A stretch of 64,000 bases of DNA, taken from positions 160,001-224,000 of the forward strand of contig JBILLK010000009.1 of the NCBI GenBank assembly GCA_044376115.1. Direction: 5' to 3'. The translations under genes and the position numbers were made by a program. This DNA comes from Polyangiaceae bacterium. GTDB lineage: Bacteria; Myxococcota_A; Polyangia; Polyangiales; Polyangiaceae. The stretch's first letter is position 1, and each line of letters begins with the position of its first letter. The notes below the pieces were generated by a model that had not been told where the DNA came from, searched no databases, and saw only the letters and a list, made by a program, of their open reading frames with translations. Below, piece by piece: positions 29,037-40,111 of this stretch.

Positions 29037-30508
29037 TGGCCTCGCAATCATCTCGAGGTAAAGAGTTGGAGCTGGGCGACGCACCCGGAACCCGCGCCAC
29101 CCTCGTCCTCGGTAAACCCACCTTCAAGACCGTTACCGAAGACATCTCGTCAATCGCCGAAGGTAAGCCGACCCCGAAGTACATGCTCGGGTTGATGTTC
29201 GCAGTGAGCATCTTGTGTCTGCTCGTCGGCTCGTTGGCGAAGCTCGTCTACTCGGGTGTCGGTGTCTGGGGTCTCGACAATACGGTCTTCTGGGCTTGGG
29301 ATATCACCGGCTTCGTTTTCTGGATCGGTATCGGTCACGCCGGAACACTCATCAGCGCCATCCTCTTCTTGTTCCGTCAGAAGTGGAGGACGAGCATCAA
29401 CCGCGCAGCGGAAGCGATGACGATCTTCGCGGTTATGGCGGCTGGCATCTATCCAGCGTTTCACGTCGGCCGCGTTTGGGTTCTGTACTGGGTATTCCCG
29501 TTCCCGAACCAGATGTCGATGTGGCCGAACTTCAAGAGCCCATTGTTATGGGACGTGTTCGCCGTTTCGACCTACGCAACCGTCTCGATCTTGTTCTGGT
29601 ACGTGGGCTTGGTTCCTGACCTTGCGACCCTGCGTGACCGTGCGAAGACCAAGCTCCGCTACACCATCCTGGGTATCTTTTCGTTGGGCTGGCGCGGCTC
29701 TCATCGCGCTTGGCTGCATTACGAGAAGGCCTACCTGATCTTTGCGGGCCTCTCGACGCCGCTGGTGCTCAGCGTGCACACGGTCGTGTCGTTCGACTTC
29801 GCAACCTCGGTCATCCCCGGCTGGCACGCGACGATCTTCCCGCCCTACTTCGTCGCTGGCGCCATCTTCAGCGGCTTCGCGATGGTCATCACGCTAATGG
29901 TGGTTGCCCGCAAGGTGCTCAACCTCGAGCACATGATCACCATCCGTCACCTCGAGAACATGTGCAAAATCATCCTCGCGACGGGGTCGATGGTTGGCTA
30001 CGCCTACGCCATCGAGTTCTTCATCGCTTGGTACGGCGGCGTCGAATACGAAGGCTTCGCGTTCAAGAACCGCGCCTTTGGTCCCTACGCTTGGGCCTAC
30101 TGGAGCATGGTCACCTGCAACGTGATCATCCCGCAGCTGTTCTGGTCGCGAAAGGTCCGGACCAGCATCCCGGCGATGTTCGTTTTGAGCATCATCGTCA
30201 ACATCGGTATGTGGTTCGAGCGCTTCGTCATCATCGTGACGAGCCTCCACCGCGACTACCTACCGTCGTCATGGACCTACTTCGTCCCGAGCATGTGGGA
30301 CATCCTCCTGTTCATCGGGACGTTTGGTCTGTTCCTCACGATGTTCTTACTGTTCTGCAAGTTCCTGCCGGTGATTGCCACCAGCGAGGTCAAGGGCGTG
30401 ATGCCTCAGGCTAACCCGCACCCCGATCATGGCGACCACCACGAAGAAGAGCACGACGACGCTGAGTCGGACGATGCGCACGGAGAGGAGGCGCACGCTC
30501 ATGGCTGA
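29036..30508 (+). CDS. actC: Alternative complex III NrfD/PsrC-family membrane subunit ActC
   Basis: [72 protein letters not shown]; His/acid-rich tail. Confidence 0.95.
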   Translation: MASQSSRGKELELGDAPGTRATLVLGKPTFKTVTEDISSIAEGKPTPKYMLGLMFAVSILCLLVGSLAKLVYSGVGVWGLDNTVFWAWDITGFVFWIGIGHAGTLISAILFLFRQKWRTSINRAAEAMTIFAVMAAGIYPAFHVGRVWVLYWVFPFPNQMSMWPNFKSPLLWDVFAVSTYATVSILFWYVGLVPDLATLRDRAKTKLRYTILGIFSLGWRGSHRAWLHYEKAYLIFAGLSTPLVLSVHTVVSFDFATSVIPGWHATIFPPYFVAGAIFSGFAMVITLMVVARKVLNLEHMITIRHLENMCKIILATGSMVGYAYAIEFFIAWYGGVEYEGFAFKNRAFGPYAWAYWSMVTCNVIIPQLFWSRKVRTSIPAMFVLSIIVNIGMWFERFVIIVTSLHRDYLPSSWTYFVPSMWDILLFIGTFGLFLTMFLLFCKFLPVIATSEVKGVMPQANPHPDHGDHHEEEHDDAESDDAHGEEAHAHG

Positions 30509-31094
30509 TCATGACCACCACGAAGGGCACGACCACGAAGCCGCGCCTGAGATGCCGGAGCCCGAAAAGGGTGAAGTTTGGGGCATGATGGCCCTATTCG
30601 AAACGCCGGCTGAGATCTACCACGCTTGCGAAGAGCTCAAAGAGGCCGGATACCGGACGCTCGACGCAATGACGCCGTTTCCGGTTCACGGGTTGGAGAA
30701 GGCCATGGGGCTCAAGCCCACGCGGCTGCCGTTCCTGGTTCTGGGCGGAGGCATCACCGGACTCTCGTCGGGTATCGCGCTCACCTACTACGTAAACATG
30801 GACTACCCGCTGAACATCAGCGGCAAGGTCCCGTTCAGCTACCACATCTTCATCCCTGTCTACTTCGAGCTGACGGTGTTGTTGAGCGCGCTGACCTGCT
30901 TCGTTTCGCTGTGGGCGCTGTGCAAGTTGCCCACCTTTTTCCACCCGACCATGCGGCACAAGAGCTTCGCTCGCTCGAGCGACGACGGCTTCTTCGTGAC
31001 GATCGAGGCGTCGGACCCGAAGTACAACGCCGAGAAAACACGGGCTTTGCTCGAGAAGCTCGGCGCGAAGGAAGTTGAAGAGGTGCACTCATGA
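30501..31094 (+). CDS. actD: Alternative complex III subunit ActD (DUF3341)
   Basis: [36 protein letters not shown] upstream of ATG 30501. Confidence 0.92.
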   Translation: MADHDHHEGHDHEAAPEMPEPEKGEVWGMMALFETPAEIYHACEELKEAGYRTLDAMTPFPVHGLEKAMGLKPTRLPFLVLGGGITGLSSGIALTYYVNMDYPLNISGKVPFSYHIFIPVYFELTVLLSALTCFVSLWALCKLPTFFHPTMRHKSFARSSDDGFFVTIEASDPKYNAEKTRALLEKLGAKEVEEVHS

Positions 31095-31681
31095 AGCCCT
31101 TCCGTTGGGCTCCCGCCGTACTTTGCACCAGCGTCGCGCTGGCCACTGTGGCGGGTGTTGGTTGCCGGGGTGGCGTCAGTGAAGACCCGCCGATTCACCT
31201 GATCCCGGACATGGACAACCAGGCGCATCGCCGACCGCAGTCGGTGAGCAGTGCGTTCGCTGACCATCGCGCGGCGCGGCCGATCGATCAGGACGCGATC
31301 GCGCGTGGGAAGCTACGAACGGACACCGTGATGTATCAAGGTGTGGACGCGAGCGGCGCTCTGGTGGAGCGCATGCCCTTCGAGGTAACGCAGGACAAGC
31401 TCGACCGCGGACGAGAGCGGTTCAACATCTTCTGCGCGCCCTGCCACGACCAGTCGGGCTCCGGCAACGGCATCGTGATGCAGCGTTCAGGAGGCGCCTT
31501 CGCGGGCATCCCTGACTTCAAACTGGACCGCCTGACGAAGGCGCCCGATGGCGAGCTGTTCCAGACCATTAGCAACGGCAAAGGCCGTATGCCCGGTTAC
31601 GCTCGACAGATTCCGGCGGAGGACCGCTGGGCGATCGTCTCTTGGCTTCGGGTATTGCAGACGATGGAGGTCGCAAAGTGA
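31091..31681 (+). CDS. actE: Alternative complex III monoheme cytochrome c lipoprotein ActE
   Basis: Lipobox GVGC, PDMDNQ, FNIFCAPCH, GKGRMPGY, DRWAIV. Confidence 0.92.
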   Translation: MKPFRWAPAVLCTSVALATVAGVGCRGGVSEDPPIHLIPDMDNQAHRRPQSVSSAFADHRAARPIDQDAIARGKLRTDTVMYQGVDASGALVERMPFEVTQDKLDRGRERFNIFCAPCHDQSGSGNGIVMQRSGGAFAGIPDFKLDRLTKAPDGELFQTISNGKGRMPGYARQIPAEDRWAIVSWLRVLQTMEVAK

Positions 31682-32883
31682 GTTCCGGCGGAAAGCTGCC
31701 CAAGGGCAACGGACTTCTCCCGAAAGAGATGGCTGCGAGCTGGTCGAAGATCGGCATGGCGATGGGTGTGGTCGGGTTGGCCGCCTTCATCGCGGGGATG
31801 TTTGGCGGTGTCGAGCGCGCTCGTTTTGGCGCTGCGTACCTAACCGGTTTCCTCTTCACCACCACGATTGGCATCGGCGCGTTGTTCTTCGTTGTCATCC
31901 AGCACCTTACGAAGGCTGGATGGTCCGTTGGTCCTCGCCGAATCCAAGAATGGGTGAGTCAGGGACTCGTCGCCAGCGTGGTGCTCTTCATCCCCGTGTT
32001 GGTGATGAGCCACGATATCTTCCACCACTGGATGGGGGATCACGCGGCACACGATCCAATCCTGGTGAAGAAGCTCGCGTATCTCAATCCGACCTTCTTC
32101 TACCTTCGCGCCGGCGTCTTCCTACTTACCTGGGCGGGTCTTGCGACCTGGTTCTACAAAGTGAGCAAGGAGCAAGACCAAACGGGTGACCGTTCGCTTT
32201 CGGAGAAGCGACAGTCCGCGGCTGCGCCCGCAACGGCTGCGCTCGGCATCACCACGAGCTTCGCTGGTTTCGACTGGGTGATGAGTCTCGACCCACACTG
32301 GTTTTCGACCATCTTCGGCGTCTATATTTTCGCTGGCGGCTTGGTCTCATCGACCGCACTGCTCGCGATCATCATCGTCCAGTTCCGCAAGGCGAACGTT
32401 GGCGGTGGGCTGTTGACGGTGGAGCACCAGCACGACGTGGGGAAGTTCTTGTTCGGCTTCACCGTGTTTTGGGCCTACATCGGCTTCTCCCAGTTCATCC
32501 TGATCTACTACGCCAACATTCCGGAGGAGACCATCTGGTACAAGCACCGGTGGGAAGGCGGCTGGAGCAGCTGGAGCATGCTGCTGTTCGTCGGTCACTT
32601 CATCGCACCCTTCGCGATCCTGCTAGCACGTACCGCGAAGCGCTCGATGGGGTGGATCTCCCTCGGCGCCGGGGTCTTGCTGGTGATGCACTGGGTTGAT
32701 CTCTACTGGCTCGTCATGCCGAATTTCGATCATCACCTGCACTTCCAGTGGGTGGATATCGCCGGCCTACTGGCTCCCGTTGGCATCACCATGGCCTTCG
32801 TGTCCTGGCGCGTTCTCCGCGACCCGGCCCACCCAATCAAGGACCCCTACATTCCGGAGGCTCTCAAGGCCGAGAACCTCTGA
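31678..32883 (+). CDS. actF: Alternative complex III membrane subunit ActF
   Basis: QHLTKAGWS, K.AYLN..FF, FDWVMSLDPHWFSTIFG, FWAYIGFSQFILIYYANIPEET. GTG overlaps the actE stop. Confidence 0.92.
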   Translation: MSSGGKLPKGNGLLPKEMAASWSKIGMAMGVVGLAAFIAGMFGGVERARFGAAYLTGFLFTTTIGIGALFFVVIQHLTKAGWSVGPRRIQEWVSQGLVASVVLFIPVLVMSHDIFHHWMGDHAAHDPILVKKLAYLNPTFFYLRAGVFLLTWAGLATWFYKVSKEQDQTGDRSLSEKRQSAAAPATAALGITTSFAGFDWVMSLDPHWFSTIFGVYIFAGGLVSSTALLAIIIVQFRKANVGGGLLTVEHQHDVGKFLFGFTVFWAYIGFSQFILIYYANIPEETIWYKHRWEGGWSSWSMLLFVGHFIAPFAILLARTAKRSMGWISLGAGVLLVMHWVDLYWLVMPNFDHHLHFQWVDIAGLLAPVGITMAFVSWRVLRDPAHPIKDPYIPEALKAENL

Positions 32884-32948
32884 GTGAAGCGCGGTTTGGC
32901 GAGGCGTAGAAGTGGCGGCGAAAGTCGCTCCCCAAAGACGAGGAAGCT

Positions 32949-33656
32949 GTGAGCAAGAAGGACGACGAGGAAGTCGACGAGAAAGACCGCTCCGACGAGG
33001 AGGAAGAAGACGAAGGGTCCGAGGACGAAGAATCCTCGGAATCCGACGAGTCTTCTGACGAATCGGAGGAGTCGGAAGACTCGGACGAGGACGAGGACGA
33101 GGACGAGTCGGTTGCGGCCAAGGATTCGCAGCATGAGTCGCACGACGACAAGCATGCCGCCGACGACCACGCTGCCGAGGACGAGGGCCCCGAGCCGGGC
33201 CTCGAGAAGGACTCACCTCGTATGGCGATCATCACGGTTGCCTATGCGGTGACGATCGTCGTGGTGATCGGGCTCGTCGTCGGCACGCAGCAGTTTTTCC
33301 ACCACTTCATGGACGCTGAGTTCAACACGAAGGTGCGGGCTCCGGTGTCGAAGCGGTTGGTCGACCTGCACAGTGCTGAGGCCCAGCGCCTCAAGCCCGA
33401 GTCAGTCAAGAAGGCTCAGGACACCGTGCTGGCAAAATACAAGACTCCGGGCGCACCCAAGGAAGCGCCAAAGCCGAAGGAGGAGCCTGCCCCGGTTCCG
33501 CCGCCGGTTCCCACGGTCAGCGCTAGTGCTTCCGCCGCGCCTAGCGCAGCGCCGACCGCTTCGGCCGCTGTGTCTTCCGCTCCGACGGCAAAGCCTACCG
33601 CGAAGCCGGGTGGAACTCCCCGACCGCCGCAGCCGACTGCACCAGACCCCTACTGA
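32949..33656 (+). CDS. Single-TM protein with very acidic N-terminus and Pro/Ala-rich C-terminus (occupies the ActG position)
   Basis: About 50-aa D/E/S tract, His/Asp segment, one TM (IITVAYAVTIVVVIGLVVG), Pro/Ala tail. Lies between actF and SCO. Confidence 0.65.
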   Translation: MSKKDDEEVDEKDRSDEEEEDEGSEDEESSESDESSDESEESEDSDEDEDEDESVAAKDSQHESHDDKHAADDHAAEDEGPEPGLEKDSPRMAIITVAYAVTIVVVIGLVVGTQQFFHHFMDAEFNTKVRAPVSKRLVDLHSAEAQRLKPESVKKAQDTVLAKYKTPGAPKEAPKPKEEPAPVPPPVPTVSASASAAPSAAPTASAAVSSAPTAKPTAKPGGTPRPPQPTAPDPY

Positions 33657-33685
33657 TCCGCAGGGCACACGCCTACAACACGCTC

Positions 33686-34645
33686 ATGCTGAACCACCAC
33701 CGCTTCGCGCTTCGCTTTTGGGCTTTCGGGCTCTGGGCGGTGGTTTGTCTCTTGGGCGCCTCGGGTGTTGCTCACGCTCAGGGCTTTGGTGGTCCGCCCG
33801 GCGCACATCGGCCGGACGCAACGCCGGCTGGCGTGACTCCGGCGCAGCTGGAGGATATCGGCATCGAGGATAAGAGCGGAGCTTCCGTCCCTCGGGACGT
33901 GGCCCTTGTCGGGTCGGATGGCAGAGCCTTTAAGTTGGGGGAGTACCTCGACGGCGAGCGCCCCTTGCTCCTGGTGCTCGCCTATTACGGCTGCCCGATG
34001 CTCTGTTCGATGGTGCTAAATGGCACGATCGATGGGTTGAAGGGCGTAGAAAAAGTCCCTGGGCAGGACTACCGCGTGTTGGTTGTTAGCTTCGACCCGC
34101 GGGACACAACGGCGATTGGCCACGATAAGCGCGCTGCGTATCTGCAGGCGTTCCAACGTCCGGTGTCTCCGATTGACGGCTCTGAGCTAGGCGCTTTTGA
34201 CTTCGCAACGGGAACCGAAGCCGAGGTTCGTCGACTGGCAGACGCCGTTGGCTTTCGTTACCGCTGGGACGACACGGAGAATCAGTACGCGCATGCGGCG
34301 GGCATCTTTGTCGTTACTCCCGAGGCCAAGCTTTCAACGACGCTCACGGGTGTCCAGTACGCGCCTCAAGACATTACGAACGCACTGGTGGACGCACAGC
34401 GTGGCGTTTGGCGGTCGCCGCTGAAGAGCGTGCTGTTGTTCTGCTTCCAGTACAACCCGCACACGGGCAAATACAATCTCATTGCAGGTCGGGCCATGCG
34501 CACGGGCGCGGCGCTAACGATCGCAGCGGTCTTCTTTTTCATCTGGAGAATGCGTCGCACTGAGAAGCGCGAGGCACTACGTCAGCTTACGAAGCCAAAA
34601 GCGAGTGAGTTGAAACCCCAAGAATTGGTTCAAGGGCAATCATGA
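33686..34645 (+). CDS. SCO-family copper chaperone
   Basis: YYGCPMLC (CxxxC), VSFDPRD, GFRY.WD...QYAHAAG, LLFCFQYNP..GKY, C-terminal TM. Confidence 0.92.
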   Translation: MLNHHRFALRFWAFGLWAVVCLLGASGVAHAQGFGGPPGAHRPDATPAGVTPAQLEDIGIEDKSGASVPRDVALVGSDGRAFKLGEYLDGERPLLLVLAYYGCPMLCSMVLNGTIDGLKGVEKVPGQDYRVLVVSFDPRDTTAIGHDKRAAYLQAFQRPVSPIDGSELGAFDFATGTEAEVRRLADAVGFRYRWDDTENQYAHAAGIFVVTPEAKLSTTLTGVQYAPQDITNALVDAQRGVWRSPLKSVLLFCFQYNPHTGKYNLIAGRAMRTGAALTIAAVFFFIWRMRRTEKREALRQLTKPKASELKPQELVQGQS

Positions 34646-35664
34646 GCGGTCTAACAGCAACTCTTCTCAATATTTCAGCTCAAGCGGCAGCAGCAGCGGG
34701 TTCAGCAGCGCCGGCCGAGCAGCCCTACACCATCGCCGAGGAGGGTGTTTGGCTGCCTCAGGGCTCGTCGACGTTCGCTGAGGCTTACGATTCGGCGTGG
34801 AACACCAATATCTGGATCAGCATCATCTTCTTTGTGATCGTTATTGGGCCCGGGGCGTACTTCGCGTTCAAGTACAAACGCAAAAGCGAGACCGAGAAGA
34901 CCAGCCCGATCGACCACAACCTGACGATCGAGATTGTTTGGACGCTCGTTCCGACGCTCGTGCTGTTTTACATGTTCTGGGTTGGCTTCAAAAGCTACGC
35001 CAACATCCAGGTAGCCCCGAATGAGGCGATGGAAATCCGCCTGACGGGGCAGATGTACAACTGGACCTTCGAGTATCCCAATGGCGTCGTCACCACGGAC
35101 CTGTACGTGCCGAAGGGACGGCCCGTGAAGCTCGTGATGAGCTCAAAGGACGTAATCCACTCGTTCTGGGTTCCAGAGTTCCGCGTGAAGCAGGACGTCG
35201 TTCCCGGGCTTTACACGACGATGTGGTTCGAAGCCACGCGTGAGACAACGACGACGGTCGAGTGCGCCGAGTACTGTGGTGACGGTCACTCGAAGATGCT
35301 CACCCGAGTCTACGTGTTCGAAGAGAAGAAGTTCGACGAGTTCTACGCCAACGACTTCGATGACCCGAGCAACCCAGTACCGCCTGCCGTTCGCGGCAAG
35401 CGCAAGTACGAGGCGCTGTGCGCCAGCTGCCACTCTCTCGATGGCAGTCGTATCCAAGGGCCTACCTTCCAGGGTGTGTGGGGCCGCAAAGAGCTCCTCG
35501 CCGACGGTAGCGAAGTTACGGTCGACGCCAACTACATAAAGTCCAGCATCGTCAATCCCCAGGGCCAGCTCGTCCAAGGTTACCCGCCGACGATGCCCGC
35601 GTTTTCCTATCTCAAAGAGAAAGACATCGATGGGATCATCGCCTTCCTCAAGGAGCAAAAGTAG
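34642..35664 (+). CDS. coxB: Cytochrome c oxidase subunit II with fused cytochrome c (caa3 type)
   Basis: EIVWT.VP, DVIHSF, CuA motif [13 protein letters not shown]-terminal CASCH and MP. Confidence 0.96.
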   Translation: MSGLTATLLNISAQAAAAAGSAAPAEQPYTIAEEGVWLPQGSSTFAEAYDSAWNTNIWISIIFFVIVIGPGAYFAFKYKRKSETEKTSPIDHNLTIEIVWTLVPTLVLFYMFWVGFKSYANIQVAPNEAMEIRLTGQMYNWTFEYPNGVVTTDLYVPKGRPVKLVMSSKDVIHSFWVPEFRVKQDVVPGLYTTMWFEATRETTTTVECAEYCGDGHSKMLTRVYVFEEKKFDEFYANDFDDPSNPVPPAVRGKRKYEALCASCHSLDGSRIQGPTFQGVWGRKELLADGSEVTVDANYIKSSIVNPQGQLVQGYPPTMPAFSYLKEKDIDGIIAFLKEQK

Positions 35665-35666
35665 TC

Positions 35667-37297
<1,631 letters not shown>

Positions 37298-37298
<1 letters not shown>

Positions 37299-37975
37299 TG
37301 AGCGCTGTAGCTAATGAAGCTGTAGCCGGTGATCAAACCAAGTCCCCGGACTTCCACGTTGCCCACCATTTCGATAAGGCGGACACGCAGTTCGACGCTG
37401 CTCGGATGGGAATCTGGTTGTTCCTGGTCACCGAGGTGCTGTTCTTCGGCGGGCTGTTCTGCGCGTTCTTCATCTATCGAGGGTGGTACTTCGATAGCTT
37501 CGTCGAGGCCCATCACCATCTCGATAAGCAGATGGGAGCGCTGAACACGCTCTTCCTGATCACTTCGAGCCTCACGATGGCGCTTGCCGTCCGAGCCGCG
37601 CAGATGACGCAAAAGGCGCAGGCCACGCGGATGCTGCTGGTGACGTTTCTGCTCGCCGGCGCGTTCTTGGTGGTGAAGTACTTCGAGTACAGCCACAAGA
37701 TTCACGACGGCTTGCTGCCCGGTGCGATGTTTCACGCTCAGGGCTTCACCACCGCTCACCCCGGTACCTTCTTCGCGATCTACTTCGTCATGACCGGGAT
37801 CCACGGTCTGCACGTGGTGATTGGCATGGGGCTGATCTTGTGGATTCTCCTTCGCAACATGAAGGGGGAATTCTCGAGCCGCTACTACGCACCGGTCGAG
37901 GGTGTTGGGCTTTATTGGCATCTCGTCGACTTGATCTGGATCTACCTCTTTCCGCTTCTCTACTTGGTGGGCTGA
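37298..37975 (+). CDS. coxC: Cytochrome c oxidase subunit III
   Basis: GIWLFLVTEVLFFGGLF, TGIHGLHV, GLYWHLVDLIWIYLFPLLY. Confidence 0.95.
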
Positions 37976-37978
37976 ACC

Positions 37979-38554
37979 ATGTCCGATGCTCATTCTCACG
38001 CGCACGCTGGCCCCGACCACGTGCCCCACGTTTCGCCTCTATCGCTCTACCTGAAGACCTTTGGCGCGCTGATGGTGCTGACGGTGATCACCGTCGGTGC
38101 CAGCTACGTCGACCTCGGTACCAGCGTGAACTTGGCGCTGGCGATCGTGATCGCGACGATCAAGGCGACCGTGGTTGCCACGTTCTTCATGCATCTCATC
38201 ACCGACTCGAAGTTCCACGCGATCGCGTTGGTCTCGAGCGTGGTGTTCTTGAGCATCTTCGTGGGCTTCACGATGCTCGATACGACGGCTCGCGGTCAGT
38301 ACGATAGTGCTCGTCGTGGGCGACCGGCCGTTATGACCGATCCGTTCGCGGTACCGTCCGCGGCAACGTCCGCTGCACCGAAGGCGAGCGCGGCTCCCGC
38401 TGCAGGTTCGGCCGCGTCTTCGGCGTCCGCTGCTGCGTCTGCTGCTGTTTCGGCAGCTCCTTCGGTCTCCGCGCCCGCTGCCTCGGCCGCGCCCGCTGCT
38501 TCGGCTGCTGTCTCCGCGGCTCCCTCCGCAAGCGCTGCACCATCCGCCAAGTAA
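37979..38554 (+). CDS. coxD: Cytochrome c oxidase subunit IV with His-rich N-terminus and Ala/Ser/Pro tail
   Basis: L.VLTVITV, IATIKA..V..FFMHL; about 70-aa low-complexity tail. Confidence 0.88.
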   Translation: MSDAHSHAHAGPDHVPHVSPLSLYLKTFGALMVLTVITVGASYVDLGTSVNLALAIVIATIKATVVATFFMHLITDSKFHAIALVSSVVFLSIFVGFTMLDTTARGQYDSARRGRPAVMTDPFAVPSAATSAAPKASAAPAAGSAASSASAAASAAVSAAPSVSAPAASAAPAASAAVSAAPSASAAPSAK

Positions 38555-38617
38555 GCTGGCCCGTTGGCGAGCGAACATCGCGACCCTCCACTGTCGAAAG
38601 ATTGGTGAGGCGTCGCG

Positions 38618-39934
38618 ATGTCGCTATTTGAGGCCGCCGAAGAGCGTCTTTCGGATCCCGATCTCGCCGGGGTGTTGGAGGTCGTTCCACACGAGGGCGC
38701 GTCGGAGGACCCAGCCGATCGCTGGTTGATTTGGCTTCGATGGGTAGCTGTGGTCGGGATGGGGGCCACCACCGTGTTCGCGTCGATGCTCGTCGAGGCG
38801 CTCAACGTCGTTCCGCTGATGTCGGTGTTGCTGCTGATCGGCGCGTCGAACCTGCTTTGGTACGCGGCGCTATCGCCTTCGGTGCGGCGGTTGCGCAAGT
38901 CGGGGGCGAGCGAGCACGTCGGCGCGCCGCGTCGCACCGTCGAGATCCAGCTGGCGGTGGACGTCGTGTCCTTGGGTTTGATGCTCTGGTTCGCGGGTGG
39001 CATCGGCAACCCGTTCGCCGTCTACCTCGTCTTCCAGATCGCCCTCGCGGGCCTTTTGTGCACGCCGCGCGCGACCTTGTTGATCGCCTTGATCACGGTC
39101 GCCACGGCCGGAGCGCTCACGTTTGCTCGGCCCTTACCAGCCGTCTCCGAGCGCGTGGCGTCGTTTGCGGCCTGGACCTCGATCGCCTCGCTGGCGACGT
39201 TGCTCGCGGTGTTTGTCGCGGTCTACGCGCGCCGCTTGAGCAGCTTGCGCGCGGAGGGTGCAAGGAACGAGAAGCTCGCCGCGCTCGGCCGCCTCGTGGG
39301 GATGATGTCGCACGAGCTCAACACGCCGCTTTCGACGATCCTGCTCTTGTCGGGAGACCTTGCCGAGTTTAGGGCGAGGATGCCGGCCGCCGAGATCGAA
39401 GAGATGGTGTTGGCGATCGCCCACGAAGCCAAGCGCGCGCACGAGATCGTTGGCTTGGTTCGTGGTCACATCGGCGCCGACCAGTCGCTCGAGGCGGTGG
39501 AGCTCGCCGCCTTTGTGCGTGAGCACGCTGAGGCCGAGCTCGCCCGGCTGAACTTTGATGGCGCGGTCGAGTTTGATCTGCGCGGGCCACTCGTGGTGTC
39601 GGTGTTGCCTCGTGCGTTGGTGCAGGTGCTGGTGAACATCCTGAAGAACGCTTGCGAAGCCAGTTTGCTCGCGAGTCGCAAGAGCATTCATGTGGCGGTG
39701 TACGCTCGCGCTGGCAGGGCCGAGCTGGTTGTGGAGGATCGCGGGCCGGGCTTTAGTCCGGAGGTCTTGGCGCGAGTCGGTGAGCCGTTCTCCACCACCA
39801 AAGAGCGCGCGGGTGGCATGGGGATGGGGCTTTATGTGAGCGCAATGCTCGCGAAGCGGATGGGGGCGTCGCTTTCCGTTGCAACCCGGCGCTCTGGCGG
39901 GGCGCGTGTGGTTTTGGCCATGGGCTTGCGCTAG
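38618..39934 (+). CDS. RegB/PrrB-like membrane sensor histidine kinase
   Basis: LIWLRW, quinone-binding-type GGIGNPF, H-box SHELNTPL, N-box NILKNA, DRGPGF, EPFSTTK, GMGMGL. Confidence 0.88.
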   Translation: MSLFEAAEERLSDPDLAGVLEVVPHEGASEDPADRWLIWLRWVAVVGMGATTVFASMLVEALNVVPLMSVLLLIGASNLLWYAALSPSVRRLRKSGASEHVGAPRRTVEIQLAVDVVSLGLMLWFAGGIGNPFAVYLVFQIALAGLLCTPRATLLIALITVATAGALTFARPLPAVSERVASFAAWTSIASLATLLAVFVAVYARRLSSLRAEGARNEKLAALGRLVGMMSHELNTPLSTILLLSGDLAEFRARMPAAEIEEMVLAIAHEAKRAHEIVGLVRGHIGADQSLEAVELAAFVREHAEAELARLNFDGAVEFDLRGPLVVSVLPRALVQVLVNILKNACEASLLASRKSIHVAVYARAGRAELVVEDRGPGFSPEVLARVGEPFSTTKERAGGMGMGLYVSAMLAKRMGASLSVATRRSGGARVVLAMGLR

Positions 39935-39945
39935 CCAGCGGACTT

Positions 39946-39969
39946 CCTCCCAGATCGAGGGAGGTTTTT
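39946..39969 (+). terminator. Rho-independent terminator closing the act-cox-regB unit
   Basis: CCTCCC-AGATCGA-GGGAGG followed by TTTTT, 12 nt after the kinase stop. Confidence 0.65.
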
Positions 39970-40025
39970 CGTGAGTCGAGCGTAAGCTTTCCGCCCCACT
40001 CCCGTTGAAGCCTGGACAGCAGGTT

Positions 40026-40041
40026 TGGCACAAAGCTCGCA
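40026..40041 (+). promoter_or_regulatory. Candidate sigma-54 (-24/-12) promoter
   Basis: TGGCACAAAGCTCGCA versus consensus TGGCACRNNNNTTGCW, with exact GG-N10-GC spacing. It lies after a terminator and 70 nt before ATG 40112. Confidence 0.65.
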
Positions 40042-40111
40042 TTCGCTGCACTTGAACCCAAGGCAACGGTGGTTTTGGGGTCTTGTCCTATTGCAGACGA
40101 AAGGTGGAGGG

